Origin: Polyangiales bacterium
GTDB lineage: Bacteria > Myxococcota_A > Polyangia > Polyangiales > Ga0077539
NCBI GenBank assembly: GCA_044229975.1
Contig: JBGARZ010000013.1
Location: forward strand, 64,001-128,000
DNA: 64,000 bases
Reading direction: 5' to 3'
The translations under genes were made by a program, and so were the position numbers. The stretch's first letter is position 1. Each line of letters begins with the position of its first letter. The notes below the pieces were generated by a model, which was not told the DNA's origin, ran no database searches, and saw nothing but the letters and a program-made list of their open reading frames with translations. Of this stretch, positions 17,182-26,332 are shown piece by piece.

Positions 17182-19178
17182 TGGACCCGGTCGCCTACGC
17201 CCTGATGCGCTCGGGGTTGTTCTCGTCGCTCGCCCCCGAAGCCTTCGGCGCGCTGCTGCGCGACGTCGAGCGTGTCGAGGTCGCTGGCGGTGACATCGTG
17301 GTGCGCGCGGGCGAGTCGGCCGACGCCTTCTACGTCATCGTCTCCGGCGCGGTGCACGTCTTCATCCACGCCGCCGACGGCGCCGAGGTCGCCCTCGCCG
17401 AGCTTCGCCCCGGCGACCACTTCGGCGAGCAGGCCCTTCTCGCCGGTCGGGTTCGCAACGCGAGCGTGCGCGGCCTCGCACCCCACTCGCTGCTCGCGCG
17501 CGTGGGCGTCGACCAGCTCGACGCGCTCTGCGCCAACGCGCCCGGGTTGCGCCACGAGCTCGAAGCCCTCGGCCAGCGGCAGGTGCAGGAGCAGCTCTCC
17601 CGCGGCACCGACCTCGTGCGCAGCCTCCTCGCGACGCTCGAAGCGCGCGCCGAGACGCTCGACCGCGAAAACGGCGACGTGCTCTTCCGACAGGGCGACC
17701 CCACCGGCGCGGCGTACGTGGTGCTCGCGGGGGCGGTGGAGGTCTTCGAGGAGCGCGAGGGCGCGTCGGTGCGCGTCGCGTCGGCGGGCCCGGGCGTGTG
17801 CGTCGGCGAGCGCGACGAGGTGACCCGGCGCCTGACGGCCGTGGTCGATGGGACGACGCGGTTGCTGAAGGTTCCGCGCGACGCGCTGGCGCTGGCGGCG
17901 GGTTCGGGCAAGGCGCGCGACCACCTCGCGACGCTCCAGAAGGTGTGGGAACTCCCCCAACGCGGCTTCGTCACCCACTACCTGGGCTCGGTCGACGGCG
18001 CGGCCTGTCTCACGCAGCTCTTCCACCTCGCCGACGGGCGGTCGTTCGTGTCGTCGCACGTGATCGGCTCCGAGGCGGTGCGGCTGCAGGCGTCCGCGGG
18101 CACGACGGCGCGCGTGCTCACCACGCCCGACGAGGCGATTCGCGTAGAGGTCGAGTCCGACGGGCGCATCGTCCGCATCGACGCGCAGGCCAGCCGCCCA
18201 TTGCTTGCGGCGGCCTTCGCGCGGGCCATCGAGGGGCGCCCGCTGTTGCCTGCCGAGGAGGCCACGCTGACGCGCACCGGGGCGCTCGCCGCGGACGACG
18301 AGGGCATCGCGTGCGCGTGCATGCGGGTGACGCGAGCGAGGGTGCGGCTGGCCCTCGCGGAGGGCGTCGCCGACCTCGAAGCGCTCAGTCAGCGAACCGG
18401 CTGCGGGATGTCCTGCGGGTCGTGCATCCCGGGGCTGCTGGAGCTGCTCGGCAAGGCGAGCTTCCTGCCCGTCGTCGTCGCACGAAGGGTGGTGCTTGCA
18501 CCGGGCGTGGTGCGGGTCTTCCTGTCGGGTCGAAGCGGCGAGGCGCTGCCCGTGTCGCGACCCGGTCAGCACGTGGTGCTGCGCGCGACGATCAACGGCC
18601 AGGTGGTCGACCGCCCGTACACGCTGTCGGGCGCGCCGGGTGCGCCGTGGGAGGTGACGGTGAAGCGCGAGCCCACCGGGCGCTTCTCGGTGTGGCTGTG
18701 CGACGTGGCCCAGCCCGGCACCGCCCTCGAAGCCTCCGCCCCGCGCGGAACCTACGTCTGGGACGAAGGCCCCGCCCCGGTCGTCTGTTTGACGAGCGGC
18801 ATCGGCGTGACACCCGCGCTCTGCTTCGCGCGCACCGTGATCCGCCGAGGGTTGCCACACCGCGTGCTGATCGACTGGTCGACGCGCCACGAGGCCGACG
18901 CCGCGGTGCTCGGCGAGCTCTCGGAAGCCGCGTGCGCAAACCTCACCATCCGCCCTCGCTACACGTCGCGCGCCGGGCGCATCACGCGCGCCGACGTGCA
19001 CGCGCTGGCGCGGCGCTTTCCGACGGCGGCGTTCTTCCTGTGCGGATCGGAGGGCTACATGACCGCGGTCTCGGAGGCGCTCGCGGCGGCCGGGGTGCCC
19101 GCAGCGCGCGTTCACGTCGAGCACTTCGACGCGGCGGGTGTGGCCGCTGCCGTGGCCGCGCCCGAGGGGGTCGCTTGA
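17181..19178 (+). CDS. Fusion: two cNMP-binding domains + BFD-like [2Fe-2S] + FAD/NAD(P)-binding FNR-type reductase
   Basis: FGEQALL..RNASV; LFRQGD..AYVVLAGAVEV; CAC...CGMSCGSC; RPYTLS, GRFS, SGIGVTP, LCGS, EHF. Confidence 0.88.
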   Translation: MDPVAYALMRSGLFSSLAPEAFGALLRDVERVEVAGGDIVVRAGESADAFYVIVSGAVHVFIHAADGAEVALAELRPGDHFGEQALLAGRVRNASVRGLAPHSLLARVGVDQLDALCANAPGLRHELEALGQRQVQEQLSRGTDLVRSLLATLEARAETLDRENGDVLFRQGDPTGAAYVVLAGAVEVFEEREGASVRVASAGPGVCVGERDEVTRRLTAVVDGTTRLLKVPRDALALAAGSGKARDHLATLQKVWELPQRGFVTHYLGSVDGAACLTQLFHLADGRSFVSSHVIGSEAVRLQASAGTTARVLTTPDEAIRVEVESDGRIVRIDAQASRPLLAAAFARAIEGRPLLPAEEATLTRTGALAADDEGIACACMRVTRARVRLALAEGVADLEALSQRTGCGMSCGSCIPGLLELLGKASFLPVVVARRVVLAPGVVRVFLSGRSGEALPVSRPGQHVVLRATINGQVVDRPYTLSGAPGAPWEVTVKREPTGRFSVWLCDVAQPGTALEASAPRGTYVWDEGPAPVVCLTSGIGVTPALCFARTVIRRGLPHRVLIDWSTRHEADAAVLGELSEAACANLTIRPRYTSRAGRITRADVHALARRFPTAAFFLCGSEGYMTAVSEALAAAGVPAARVHVEHFDAAGVAAAVAAPEGVA

Positions 19179-19897
19179 TTCCGTCATCGCCGCGTCCGCT
19201 CGTGGTGGCGCATCGCGGCGGGCGGTACGCCGACATCGCGGGGGAGCAGACGCTCGCTCACATGGAGCGGGCGATCGCGCTGGGCGCGGACTTCGTCGAG
19301 GTGGACGTGCGGGCGACGTCCGACGACGAGCTCGTGTGCGTGCACGACCCGACGATCGCGGGCGTGACCGTGAGCGCGGTGCCGTACGCCGAGCTGGCAA
19401 GGGCGTGCGAGGCTGCGGGGGTCGTGACGCCGCCGCGGCTCGGTGAGCTGTTGACGTTGTGTCGTGGGCGGGTGCGCGTCGACGTGGAGCTGAAGGTCGC
19501 GGGCACGGAGGCGGGCGTGCTCGCCGTGGCGAAGCGCGCGGGGCCGCTCGATGGGGTGGTGTTCAAGTGCTTTCAGGACGCCGTGGTGCGCGAGCTGAAG
19601 CGGCTCGAACCGTCGTGCGTGGCGGGGCTGCTGCTGGGCGTGCAGCGACCGAAGCGCGGCGCGTGGACGCGGTTGGGTGAGATCTTCCCCGAGTGGCGGC
19701 TGCGGGCGTGCCGCGCGGACTTCGTGTGCCCCAACCATCGGCTGCTACGGGCTGGCTTCGCCTGGCGGATGCGCTTGCAGGGCTATCCCGTGCTGGTGTG
19801 GACGGTGAACGATCGGGCGCAGCTCACGGCACTGGGCGCGGTGGTCGACGGGCTCATCACCGACGAGGTCGAGGTGTGCCTGGCGGGTCGGCGTTGA
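19175..19897 (+). CDS. Glycerophosphodiester phosphodiesterase family protein (cytoplasmic)
   Basis: AHRGG, EVDVR, VHD, VELK, WTVND, GLITD; TTG overlaps the previous stop. Confidence 0.88.
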   Translation: MIPSSPRPLVVAHRGGRYADIAGEQTLAHMERAIALGADFVEVDVRATSDDELVCVHDPTIAGVTVSAVPYAELARACEAAGVVTPPRLGELLTLCRGRVRVDVELKVAGTEAGVLAVAKRAGPLDGVVFKCFQDAVVRELKRLEPSCVAGLLLGVQRPKRGAWTRLGEIFPEWRLRACRADFVCPNHRLLRAGFAWRMRLQGYPVLVWTVNDRAQLTALGAVVDGLITDEVEVCLAGRR

Positions 19898-21122
19898 GCT
19901 TCTCCTCGTAGCCGACCGCGGCCGCTTCGTCGCCCATCGCACGCGCCGCCTTCGACGCCGCCCGCAGCAGCGTGCGCCGCTCGCCGTAGCGGAAGATCCC
20001 CTCCTCGGCCGTGCTGCGCGCCTCGGCGTAGCGCTTCGCCCAGCGCAGGTAGCGCGAGGCCCGCGCGTAGGTGGCGCCGCGGCATCCGGGCTGATCGAAG
20101 GCCACCCGCAGCACGTGCGCCGCGAGCGCGCCGGCGCGTCGCAGCGAGCGGTCGAACGCGGGCGTATCGCGGGTGATCGTCTGCGCCATCATCACCGCCA
20201 GCGGAACCGCCGACCGCCGCTCATCGGGAGCGAGCGCCTCGATGAGCACGCGCACCCGCTCGGGCAGTGACGGGTACGCCCGAGCGAGCCACGCGTGGTC
20301 GACGTCGTACCCGGCGAGGTAGAGGAGCTGCGTGAGCGGGGCGAGGCGTTCGAGGCGGGTGGCGCGGTCGACGGTGGTTCCGACGAAGCCCGCGACGAGC
20401 TCGCCGAGGCGCAGCACCTCCTGCTCTTCGTAGGTGAGCCGCGAGACGTACTCCTTCGGTCGTCCGTCGCGGCACGCGGCGTCGAGCGTGGCGATGGCGC
20501 GCGCCGTGGCGTCAGCCGACGTGGCGCGCTTCTTCGCGGGCGCGACGAGCAGCGGGGCGCAGTGGCGCTTGATCCACGCGAGGTACTCGCGGCCGCCACG
20601 GTCGGTGGTGGAGCGCGCGAGGCGCTCGGCCATGGTGTCGGCGAAGTTGGCGGTGCTCCACTGGTGCCACGCGTCGTCGTCGGGCGTGCCCGAGGGGCCC
20701 CAGAAGAGCGCGACCGGCGCGATGTCGTGAACACCCATGACCCAACGTTCGAGCGCATCGGCGAAGTCTGCGGCGGCTTCGTCGAGGCGCTCGGTGGCGG
20801 CCTGGAAGGCGCGCTGCCACCCGGCGGGGTCGCGCGTCGGGTCGGCGGCCCGCAGCGCCGAGCGCTCGGGCTCCGGGGTGTGGTCGAAGAGCACGGCGAA
20901 GCCATAGGAGTCGCCGCGGCTGCCCAGGCAGACAAACTCGCGACCCCAGTATTGGACGTCATCGAGCGGCGACGGGAGGCCGGCGACGATGCGCGCCCGA
21001 TCGTCCGCGGCGACGGGATCGCGAAACCACACGAACACCGCCTCGGACTTGCCCAGCGACTCCACGTCGGGCGCGCCGTGGTTGACGAAGAGGAAGGGGT
21101 GCGATGCCGACGCGGAGCTCAT
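19857..21122 (-). CDS. Hypothetical protein with TPR-like C-terminus
   Basis: Protein-like composition; helical C-terminal repeats. Confidence 0.55.
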   Translation of the reverse strand: MSSASASHPFLFVNHGAPDVESLGKSEAVFVWFRDPVAADDRARIVAGLPSPLDDVQYWGREFVCLGSRGDSYGFAVLFDHTPEPERSALRAADPTRDPAGWQRAFQAATERLDEAAADFADALERWVMGVHDIAPVALFWGPSGTPDDDAWHQWSTANFADTMAERLARSTTDRGGREYLAWIKRHCAPLLVAPAKKRATSADATARAIATLDAACRDGRPKEYVSRLTYEEQEVLRLGELVAGFVGTTVDRATRLERLAPLTQLLYLAGYDVDHAWLARAYPSLPERVRVLIEALAPDERRSAVPLAVMMAQTITRDTPAFDRSLRRAGALAAHVLRVAFDQPGCRGATYARASRYLRWAKRYAEARSTAEEGIFRYGERRTLLRAASKAARAMGDEAAAVGYEEKLNADPPGTPRPRR

Positions 21123-21272
21123 GGAGGCGATCGTGCGACGCGTGCGAGGGCGAAGTCCATCGGGCTCGCACCCACCAGGCGGGCCTTGACGGATGGGTGC
21201 TCGCGGGAGCCTTGTGGGTGCTCGACCGCGGGCGATCGGGTTCGAGGGCGAAGTGGAAGGGACACTGCGAGC

Positions 21273-22019
21273 GTGCGGAATCCATCGAGGACCTTCGGGG
21301 GACTTGTCGTCGCGGTGGCGAGCGCAGCGGCTTGTGGTGCCGACCCGGCGCCGGCGCCGGTACCAGAGGCGGCGCTGTCGACGGCGCTGCGGCCGCGACA
21401 GACGCCCGCCTACTATGTCGCGCAGGCCAACCTGTACTTCGACACGCTCGACATGCGGGCTGATCCGGCGATCGTTCCCAACTACTCGACGCGGGTCGCG
21501 CGATGGGAGTGGCCGCCCTGGTACCTGCTCACCGGGTACGAGCGCATGCAGATGATCACCGGCACGCGCCTCGCGCTCAGCGTCGAGCCGTCGACGGTGC
21601 CCACGCGCGACTGTCGTGCGTTTGCGGTGCAGCCCTTCGCGCGCTGTCGCGTGTCGTTCTCGTACGAGCGGGGGCTGTGCCCGATCTTCGAGGAGTTCAC
21701 CTTCAACGATCAGGGGGAGATGACCTTCATCGAGGCGTGGTCCGATCAGCCCGGGATGCGACCGACGGAAGACCCGGCTGACCCGTGGGCCGAGGCGCCG
21801 ACGGTGCATCGACTGTCGACGCGCGTGCCCGGGTTGGGCAGCGCCAACGGGCTCATCGTTCCGACGGCGGCGTGGATGGAAGCCGCGGCGGCGCGCGATC
21901 CGGAGCTCGCCGACTTCGTGCGACGGACGAGGGACTTCTATCGGTCGTGGGCGCAGGCGTACGGAGCTGCCGGGCCGACGGCGTTCCCGCGCGGGTGCGG
22001 GTGGACGGTGACACCGTGA
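21273..22019 (+). CDS. Conserved hypothetical lipoprotein
   Basis: Lipobox AAAC; aromatic-rich domain (RWEWPPW, EEFTFNDQGEMTFIEAW). Confidence 0.72.
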   Translation: MRNPSRTFGGLVVAVASAAACGADPAPAPVPEAALSTALRPRQTPAYYVAQANLYFDTLDMRADPAIVPNYSTRVARWEWPPWYLLTGYERMQMITGTRLALSVEPSTVPTRDCRAFAVQPFARCRVSFSYERGLCPIFEEFTFNDQGEMTFIEAWSDQPGMRPTEDPADPWAEAPTVHRLSTRVPGLGSANGLIVPTAAWMEAAAARDPELADFVRRTRDFYRSWAQAYGAAGPTAFPRGCGWTVTP

Positions 22020-22071
22020 GGGGCCCACCCTCGGCGCGGCGACCGCGACGACGATTCTGCACCACCCCCCG

Positions 22072-22338
22072 TCAGCCCGCTCCCGCCGCGGGCTCGACCT
22101 GCGGAGCAGCGACCGTGAGCATGTGCACGAGCACCCCGACGATGCGCTCGACGTCGCGGGAGTAGTACTCCGCCGTGTCGATCTCCACGGTGTCTCCGGT
22201 CAGCCGCAGGAAGCGCCAGTCGCTGCCGCTCGTGACCGCCCCAAAGACGACGGGCGTCCGACGATCTCGACGCTCGTTGAAGATCCGAGCCGCGTACATC
22301 TCGGCGAGCTCGCGCGCGGTGAACTGGTCGTAGGCCAC
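22072..22338 (-). pseudogene. Internally deleted member of a restriction-endonuclease-like (HsdR-N-like) hypothetical family
   Basis: MAYDQFT start joined directly to AEMYAARIFN...FGAVTSGSDWRFL. Confidence 0.5.
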
Positions 22339-22363
22339 CGCGGCAGGCTACGGGTCTTTGCGT

Positions 22364-22612
22364 TCAGCGCACAGCGGGCGCAACGGGCGGCGCTGCGACA
22401 GCCCCATCCGGCGCCGCGGGCGCCGCCATCGTCGGCGCGGCGACGTCCTCCGCGACGACGGCTGGCGGCGGTGTCACCGGAGCGGGCGCGACCACCGCCA
22501 CCGGCGCAGGCGGCGGAGCGGGCGCGACGACCTCGGGAGCCACCGCAGGCGCCTCCCGCTTGCAAGCGAGCACGAGGAACAACAGCACGATCGCAGACGC
22601 AGAGATCTTCAT
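22364..22612 (-). CDS. Small Pro/Ala-rich lipoprotein, possibly truncated
   Basis: MKISASAIVLLFLVLAC lipoprotein signal followed only by a low-complexity linker. Confidence 0.55.
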   Translation of the reverse strand: MKISASAIVLLFLVLACKREAPAVAPEVVAPAPPPAPVAVVAPAPVTPPPAVVAEDVAAPTMAAPAAPDGAVAAPPVAPAVR

Positions 22613-22916
22613 CGGACACCTCTTCGCGGCCCCGGCGGACGTCGGCGTGGCGCGTGGATCACCCACCGCACATCGAGCGCTACAGGGCGGCGGCCGGAGC
22701 CTCGCGCCGCACCCTCGCGTCGACGATCAGAGCCTGTGCCCGTCGCCGCGCAGAAGCTGTCGACCCTGGGCACTCCCGCGCACTGCGTTGTCGCGATCGT
22801 CGCCGTGTTGTCGCCGCGCGCCCCCGATCGACGACAGTTGCACCGCGACTGCATCGGCTTCTACGCGAGCTGTGCCTCATCTCCCCGACGCCCCGCGGAC
22901 GCGGTACGTCTTCGCC

Positions 22917-23564
22917 ATGAGCCAGCCCTACGTCCTCTACGGCAGCCCCTCCACCGCGAGCCTCTGCGTCCACTGGATGCTGCTCGACCTTGGCGTTCCT
23001 TTCGAGCTGCGCATGCTCGACTTCGACCGCGGGCAACAGCGCGACCCCGACTACCTGCGACTCAACCCGCAGGGCCGCGTCCCCACGCTCATCGTCGACG
23101 GCGCACCCGTCTCCGAGTCAGCGGCCATCTTGATGCTGCTCGCCGAGCGCCACCCCGAGTCGGGCTTCGGTGTCGAGCCGGGTGCACCACAACGCGCGGC
23201 CTACCTCCAGACGATGGTGTCGCTCGCCAACAACCTGCTGCCCGCCTATCGCAACTGGTTCTACGCCGATCAGGACGGCGACCCGACCGGCGCCGAAGCC
23301 ATCCGCGAGCGGGCGCGCATCCAGGTCGAGGCCGCGTGGGACCGCCTCGACGACCAGCTCGCCGACGGACGCACCTTCCTGCTGGGCGAGCGCAAGACCG
23401 CCGCCGATCACCTCGCGACGATGCTCGCGCGCTGGTCGCGCAACATGCCCCGACCCGCGACCTCATGGTCCCGCGTCGGGGCCTACGTCGACCGCATGCG
23501 CCGCGACCCGGGCCTGCGCGAGGTGCACCGCCGCGAGGGCCTCACCGACTGGATCGACGGGTAG
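22917..23564 (+). CDS. Glutathione S-transferase family protein
   Basis: LNPQGRVPTL, ESAAI, FLLGE..TAAD. Confidence 0.93.
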   Translation: MSQPYVLYGSPSTASLCVHWMLLDLGVPFELRMLDFDRGQQRDPDYLRLNPQGRVPTLIVDGAPVSESAAILMLLAERHPESGFGVEPGAPQRAAYLQTMVSLANNLLPAYRNWFYADQDGDPTGAEAIRERARIQVEAAWDRLDDQLADGRTFLLGERKTAADHLATMLARWSRNMPRPATSWSRVGAYVDRMRRDPGLREVHRREGLTDWIDG

Positions 23565-23585
23565 GACCCTCTCGGCGCCTCGTGA

Positions 23586-25550
23586 TCAGTGCGCGAGCCC
23601 CATGTCCGCGTGTGACGTCGCCGCCGGGGCCGCCGACACGGGCATCTCCGCCGCCCGGAACCCCGGCCGCCGCACCCTCACCCGGTAGTTGCCGCGGTCG
23701 ATGTTGCTGAAGCGGTACGCCCCCGACTCGGTGCTCTGCGTGCGCTGCACCACGCGCCCCGCGTGGTCGACCAGCTCGACCTCCGCGTTGGCCGCGCCGC
23801 CCGCGCCCTCCGCGTTGAGCTGCCCCTGCACCTGCGCGTAGTTGGCCTGCTGCGCTTCTGGGGTGTCGTGCACGAAGGGCAGCTCCACGCTCTGGAGCGC
23901 CCGCCCCGAACCATCGACGAAGGCCACCGTCGCCACGTACCTCCCCGCAGGCGCGGGGTCGCCTTGCGTGGGGCGGCCGTTCCAGGTGACGCGCACGGGA
24001 CCCTGCGCCGACGCCTCGTCGTGCTGCCAGATGGCCCGCCCCTCCGGCGTCCGCACCGTCACCCGCACCGTCCCCGCCACCTCGCGCGGCGCCACGTTGC
24101 GCAGCGAGAACACCGTGTTGCCCTCTGTCCACCGTGTCCCCGGCGTCACGAGGTAGTACTGCCCGGTGTAAAGCTCCACCCGTCGGCGCGCCTGCTGGCC
24201 GCGATCGTTGGTCGCCACCACGTCGATGGTGTGCACGCCCGCCGGGAGCCCCGCGAGGTCGACGGTCTGCGCGAGCGCCGCCCCGCACGCCCGGCCCACC
24301 GGGTTGTCGTCGAGGAGCATCTCCACCTGCCTCACTCCGGCGCCGTTGTTGTCCACCGCGCGCGCCCGCACCGTGGGGTTGCCGCTGACGTGCTCGCCGT
24401 CTCGCAACCCGTCCAGCGCGAGCGACATGACGTCGACGCTCACCAGCCCAAAGACCGCCCACATCGCCTCGGCCTTCCCTGCCCCACCGTGCGACCAGCC
24501 GCCGTCTTCCTGCTGGTGCGTGACCAGCCAGCGCGTCCCGCGCGCCACGGTCGCGTCGTCGTCGCTCGCGCCGAGCGAGCGCAGCGCGTGCAGCGTCTGA
24601 CCCGTCGCGAAGGCGTTGGTGTCGCCCGTGCGCTGGTAGCTCCAGCCGCCATCCTCCGCCTGCCGCTCGCGCAGCCGTGAGGCCAGCGCCACGAGGGTCG
24701 CCTCGCTCGGTTGGGCGCCCGCTTCGAGGAGACCCATGACGGCGTAGTTGAGGTCGACGGTCCCCGCGTCGGGGAGGTCGGTGAGTCGGCGGGCCTGCGC
24801 CTGGAGCCACGCCTCGGCCTCGCGCGTCGGGCCGAGCCAGCGCTCGTCGGCGCTGCGCGAGTACGCCTGGTGCCACGTCTGGAGCGCCTGCGTCGTGGCC
24901 TGCAACGGGCCCTGCACCACCGGGAAGCGGGTGTCGTCGTTGCGAACCGATCCGTCGGGGTTCTGGTAGGCGACGAGCTGCTGGGCGACGGCGAGGAGGT
25001 CGTCTCGCAGGGCGCCGTCCTCGGTGCGGTCGTAGCGCGCGAAGGCCGCGCCGCCGAAGGCCCGCGACGTAGCGGGCATCCCGCTGCCACCAACACTGAG
25101 GCCGCCCGTGTTGCGGTGGCCGCCGCGGATCTCCGTGAGACCGCGCAGCACCTCGCGAAACTCGGGCTCGCTGACGTCGTAGCGGTGCTCGCGCCCGACC
25201 GTGAGCGCCTCGAAGGTGACGGCCTGAACGTGGCAGCCGTAGCAGTTGTGCTGCGTCTGCCACGCCACCGCCTCGCGCGACACGAAGCCGAGGCCGCGTT
25301 GGGCCGCGCGGCGTGCGTCGGGGTCGCCGTGGGCCGCGTTGGGCGAGGCGACGCGGGCGTTGCGGGAGGGCTCGCAGGTGGGCAGGTCGACGTGCACGAC
25401 GGCGCGGTGCCCAGGGGCTGCGACGTCACGCGCGGGCTCGACGGCAGCGCGTCGCGAGGCGATGCCCCCGGCGGTGGCGCACCCGGCGAGGAGCGCGATG
25501 ACGACGAGGTTGCCCGGGTGGCGGGCGCGAGCGCGGTTGGACGAGTTCAT
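23586..25550 (-). CDS. Lipoprotein: prenyltransferase/squalene-cyclase-repeat barrel with CxxCH + Ig-like + FlgD-like + carboxypeptidase-regulatory-like domains
   Basis: LAGC; CYGCH; QNPDGS, QAEDGGW, QQEDGGW; VTWNGR...PAGRY; GAYRF..GNYRVRV..PGF. Confidence 0.8.
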   Translation of the reverse strand: MNSSNRARARHPGNLVVIALLAGCATAGGIASRRAAVEPARDVAAPGHRAVVHVDLPTCEPSRNARVASPNAAHGDPDARRAAQRGLGFVSREAVAWQTQHNCYGCHVQAVTFEALTVGREHRYDVSEPEFREVLRGLTEIRGGHRNTGGLSVGGSGMPATSRAFGGAAFARYDRTEDGALRDDLLAVAQQLVAYQNPDGSVRNDDTRFPVVQGPLQATTQALQTWHQAYSRSADERWLGPTREAEAWLQAQARRLTDLPDAGTVDLNYAVMGLLEAGAQPSEATLVALASRLRERQAEDGGWSYQRTGDTNAFATGQTLHALRSLGASDDDATVARGTRWLVTHQQEDGGWSHGGAGKAEAMWAVFGLVSVDVMSLALDGLRDGEHVSGNPTVRARAVDNNGAGVRQVEMLLDDNPVGRACGAALAQTVDLAGLPAGVHTIDVVATNDRGQQARRRVELYTGQYYLVTPGTRWTEGNTVFSLRNVAPREVAGTVRVTVRTPEGRAIWQHDEASAQGPVRVTWNGRPTQGDPAPAGRYVATVAFVDGSGRALQSVELPFVHDTPEAQQANYAQVQGQLNAEGAGGAANAEVELVDHAGRVVQRTQSTESGAYRFSNIDRGNYRVRVRRPGFRAAEMPVSAAPAATSHADMGLAH

Positions 25551-25736
25551 GGCAACGATGGACCTCCGGCGAAGACGGACGACGACGCACGAGCGCGCGG
25601 GCGCCCTGAGTGGTGACGACGGAGGTCACGCGGTCGGACGTCGGGAGTGCGCGCGGTGGTGCATCGGACGCGCGGGGCCGGAGGGCGGTCTAGGAATTAT
25701 TCAAGGGTCGGCCGCGGGTGCTACCGGTACGAGCCT

Positions 25737-26318
25737 ATGGACGCGATCACGTTGGTTCCCGGGCAGACGGCGCTCTTGGTGGTGGACGTGCAGGAGAAGC
25801 TGATGCCCGCGATGCACGCGCCCGACGCCGCGCGGATGCTGCGCGCCGTCGACCTGCTGCTGGAGACGGCGCAGCGGATGAAGCTGCCGGTGTTCGTCAC
25901 CGAGCAGTACCCCGCGGGCCTCGGGCCGACGGTCGCCGCCGTGGGCGCGAAGCTCGCGGGCATGAGCCCGAAGCCGGCGGTGTACGAGAAGACGGTGTTC
26001 TCGGCGCTGGGTCCGCCGGAGGTCGCCAAGGGGCTCGCGGATGCGGGCGTGCGGTCGGTGATCGTGGTCGGCGTCGAGGCGCACGTCTGCGTGTTCATGA
26101 CGGCGCGCGACCTCGCCCGGCGGGGCTTCCATGTGCACGTCCCCTTCGACGCCGTGGCGTCGCGTGACCCTGGGTGCAAGACCACCGCGCTGGCGGCGCT
26201 GGCCACTCAGGGCGTGACGGTGACCACTACCGAGACGGCGGTGTTCGACCTCCTGGGCGACGCCAAGAACCTGCACTTCCGCCCGCTCTCCAAGCTGGTC
26301 AAGGACCTGCTGGGCTGA
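25737..26318 (+). CDS. Isochorismatase family hydrolase
   Basis: VVDVQEKL, TEQYPAGLGPT, EKTVFS, GVEAHVCV. Confidence 0.93.
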   Translation: MDAITLVPGQTALLVVDVQEKLMPAMHAPDAARMLRAVDLLLETAQRMKLPVFVTEQYPAGLGPTVAAVGAKLAGMSPKPAVYEKTVFSALGPPEVAKGLADAGVRSVIVVGVEAHVCVFMTARDLARRGFHVHVPFDAVASRDPGCKTTALAALATQGVTVTTTETAVFDLLGDAKNLHFRPLSKLVKDLLG

Positions 26319-26332
26319 CGGTCGGGCCGTCG

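Noticed and set aside
16983..19400. Long antisense or alternate-frame ORFs (also 34037-36181, 48806-52045, 58858-60963)
   Set aside because: Arg/Ala/Pro-rich shadows of real genes, expected at this GC; only the last 57 codons of 48806-52045 look real
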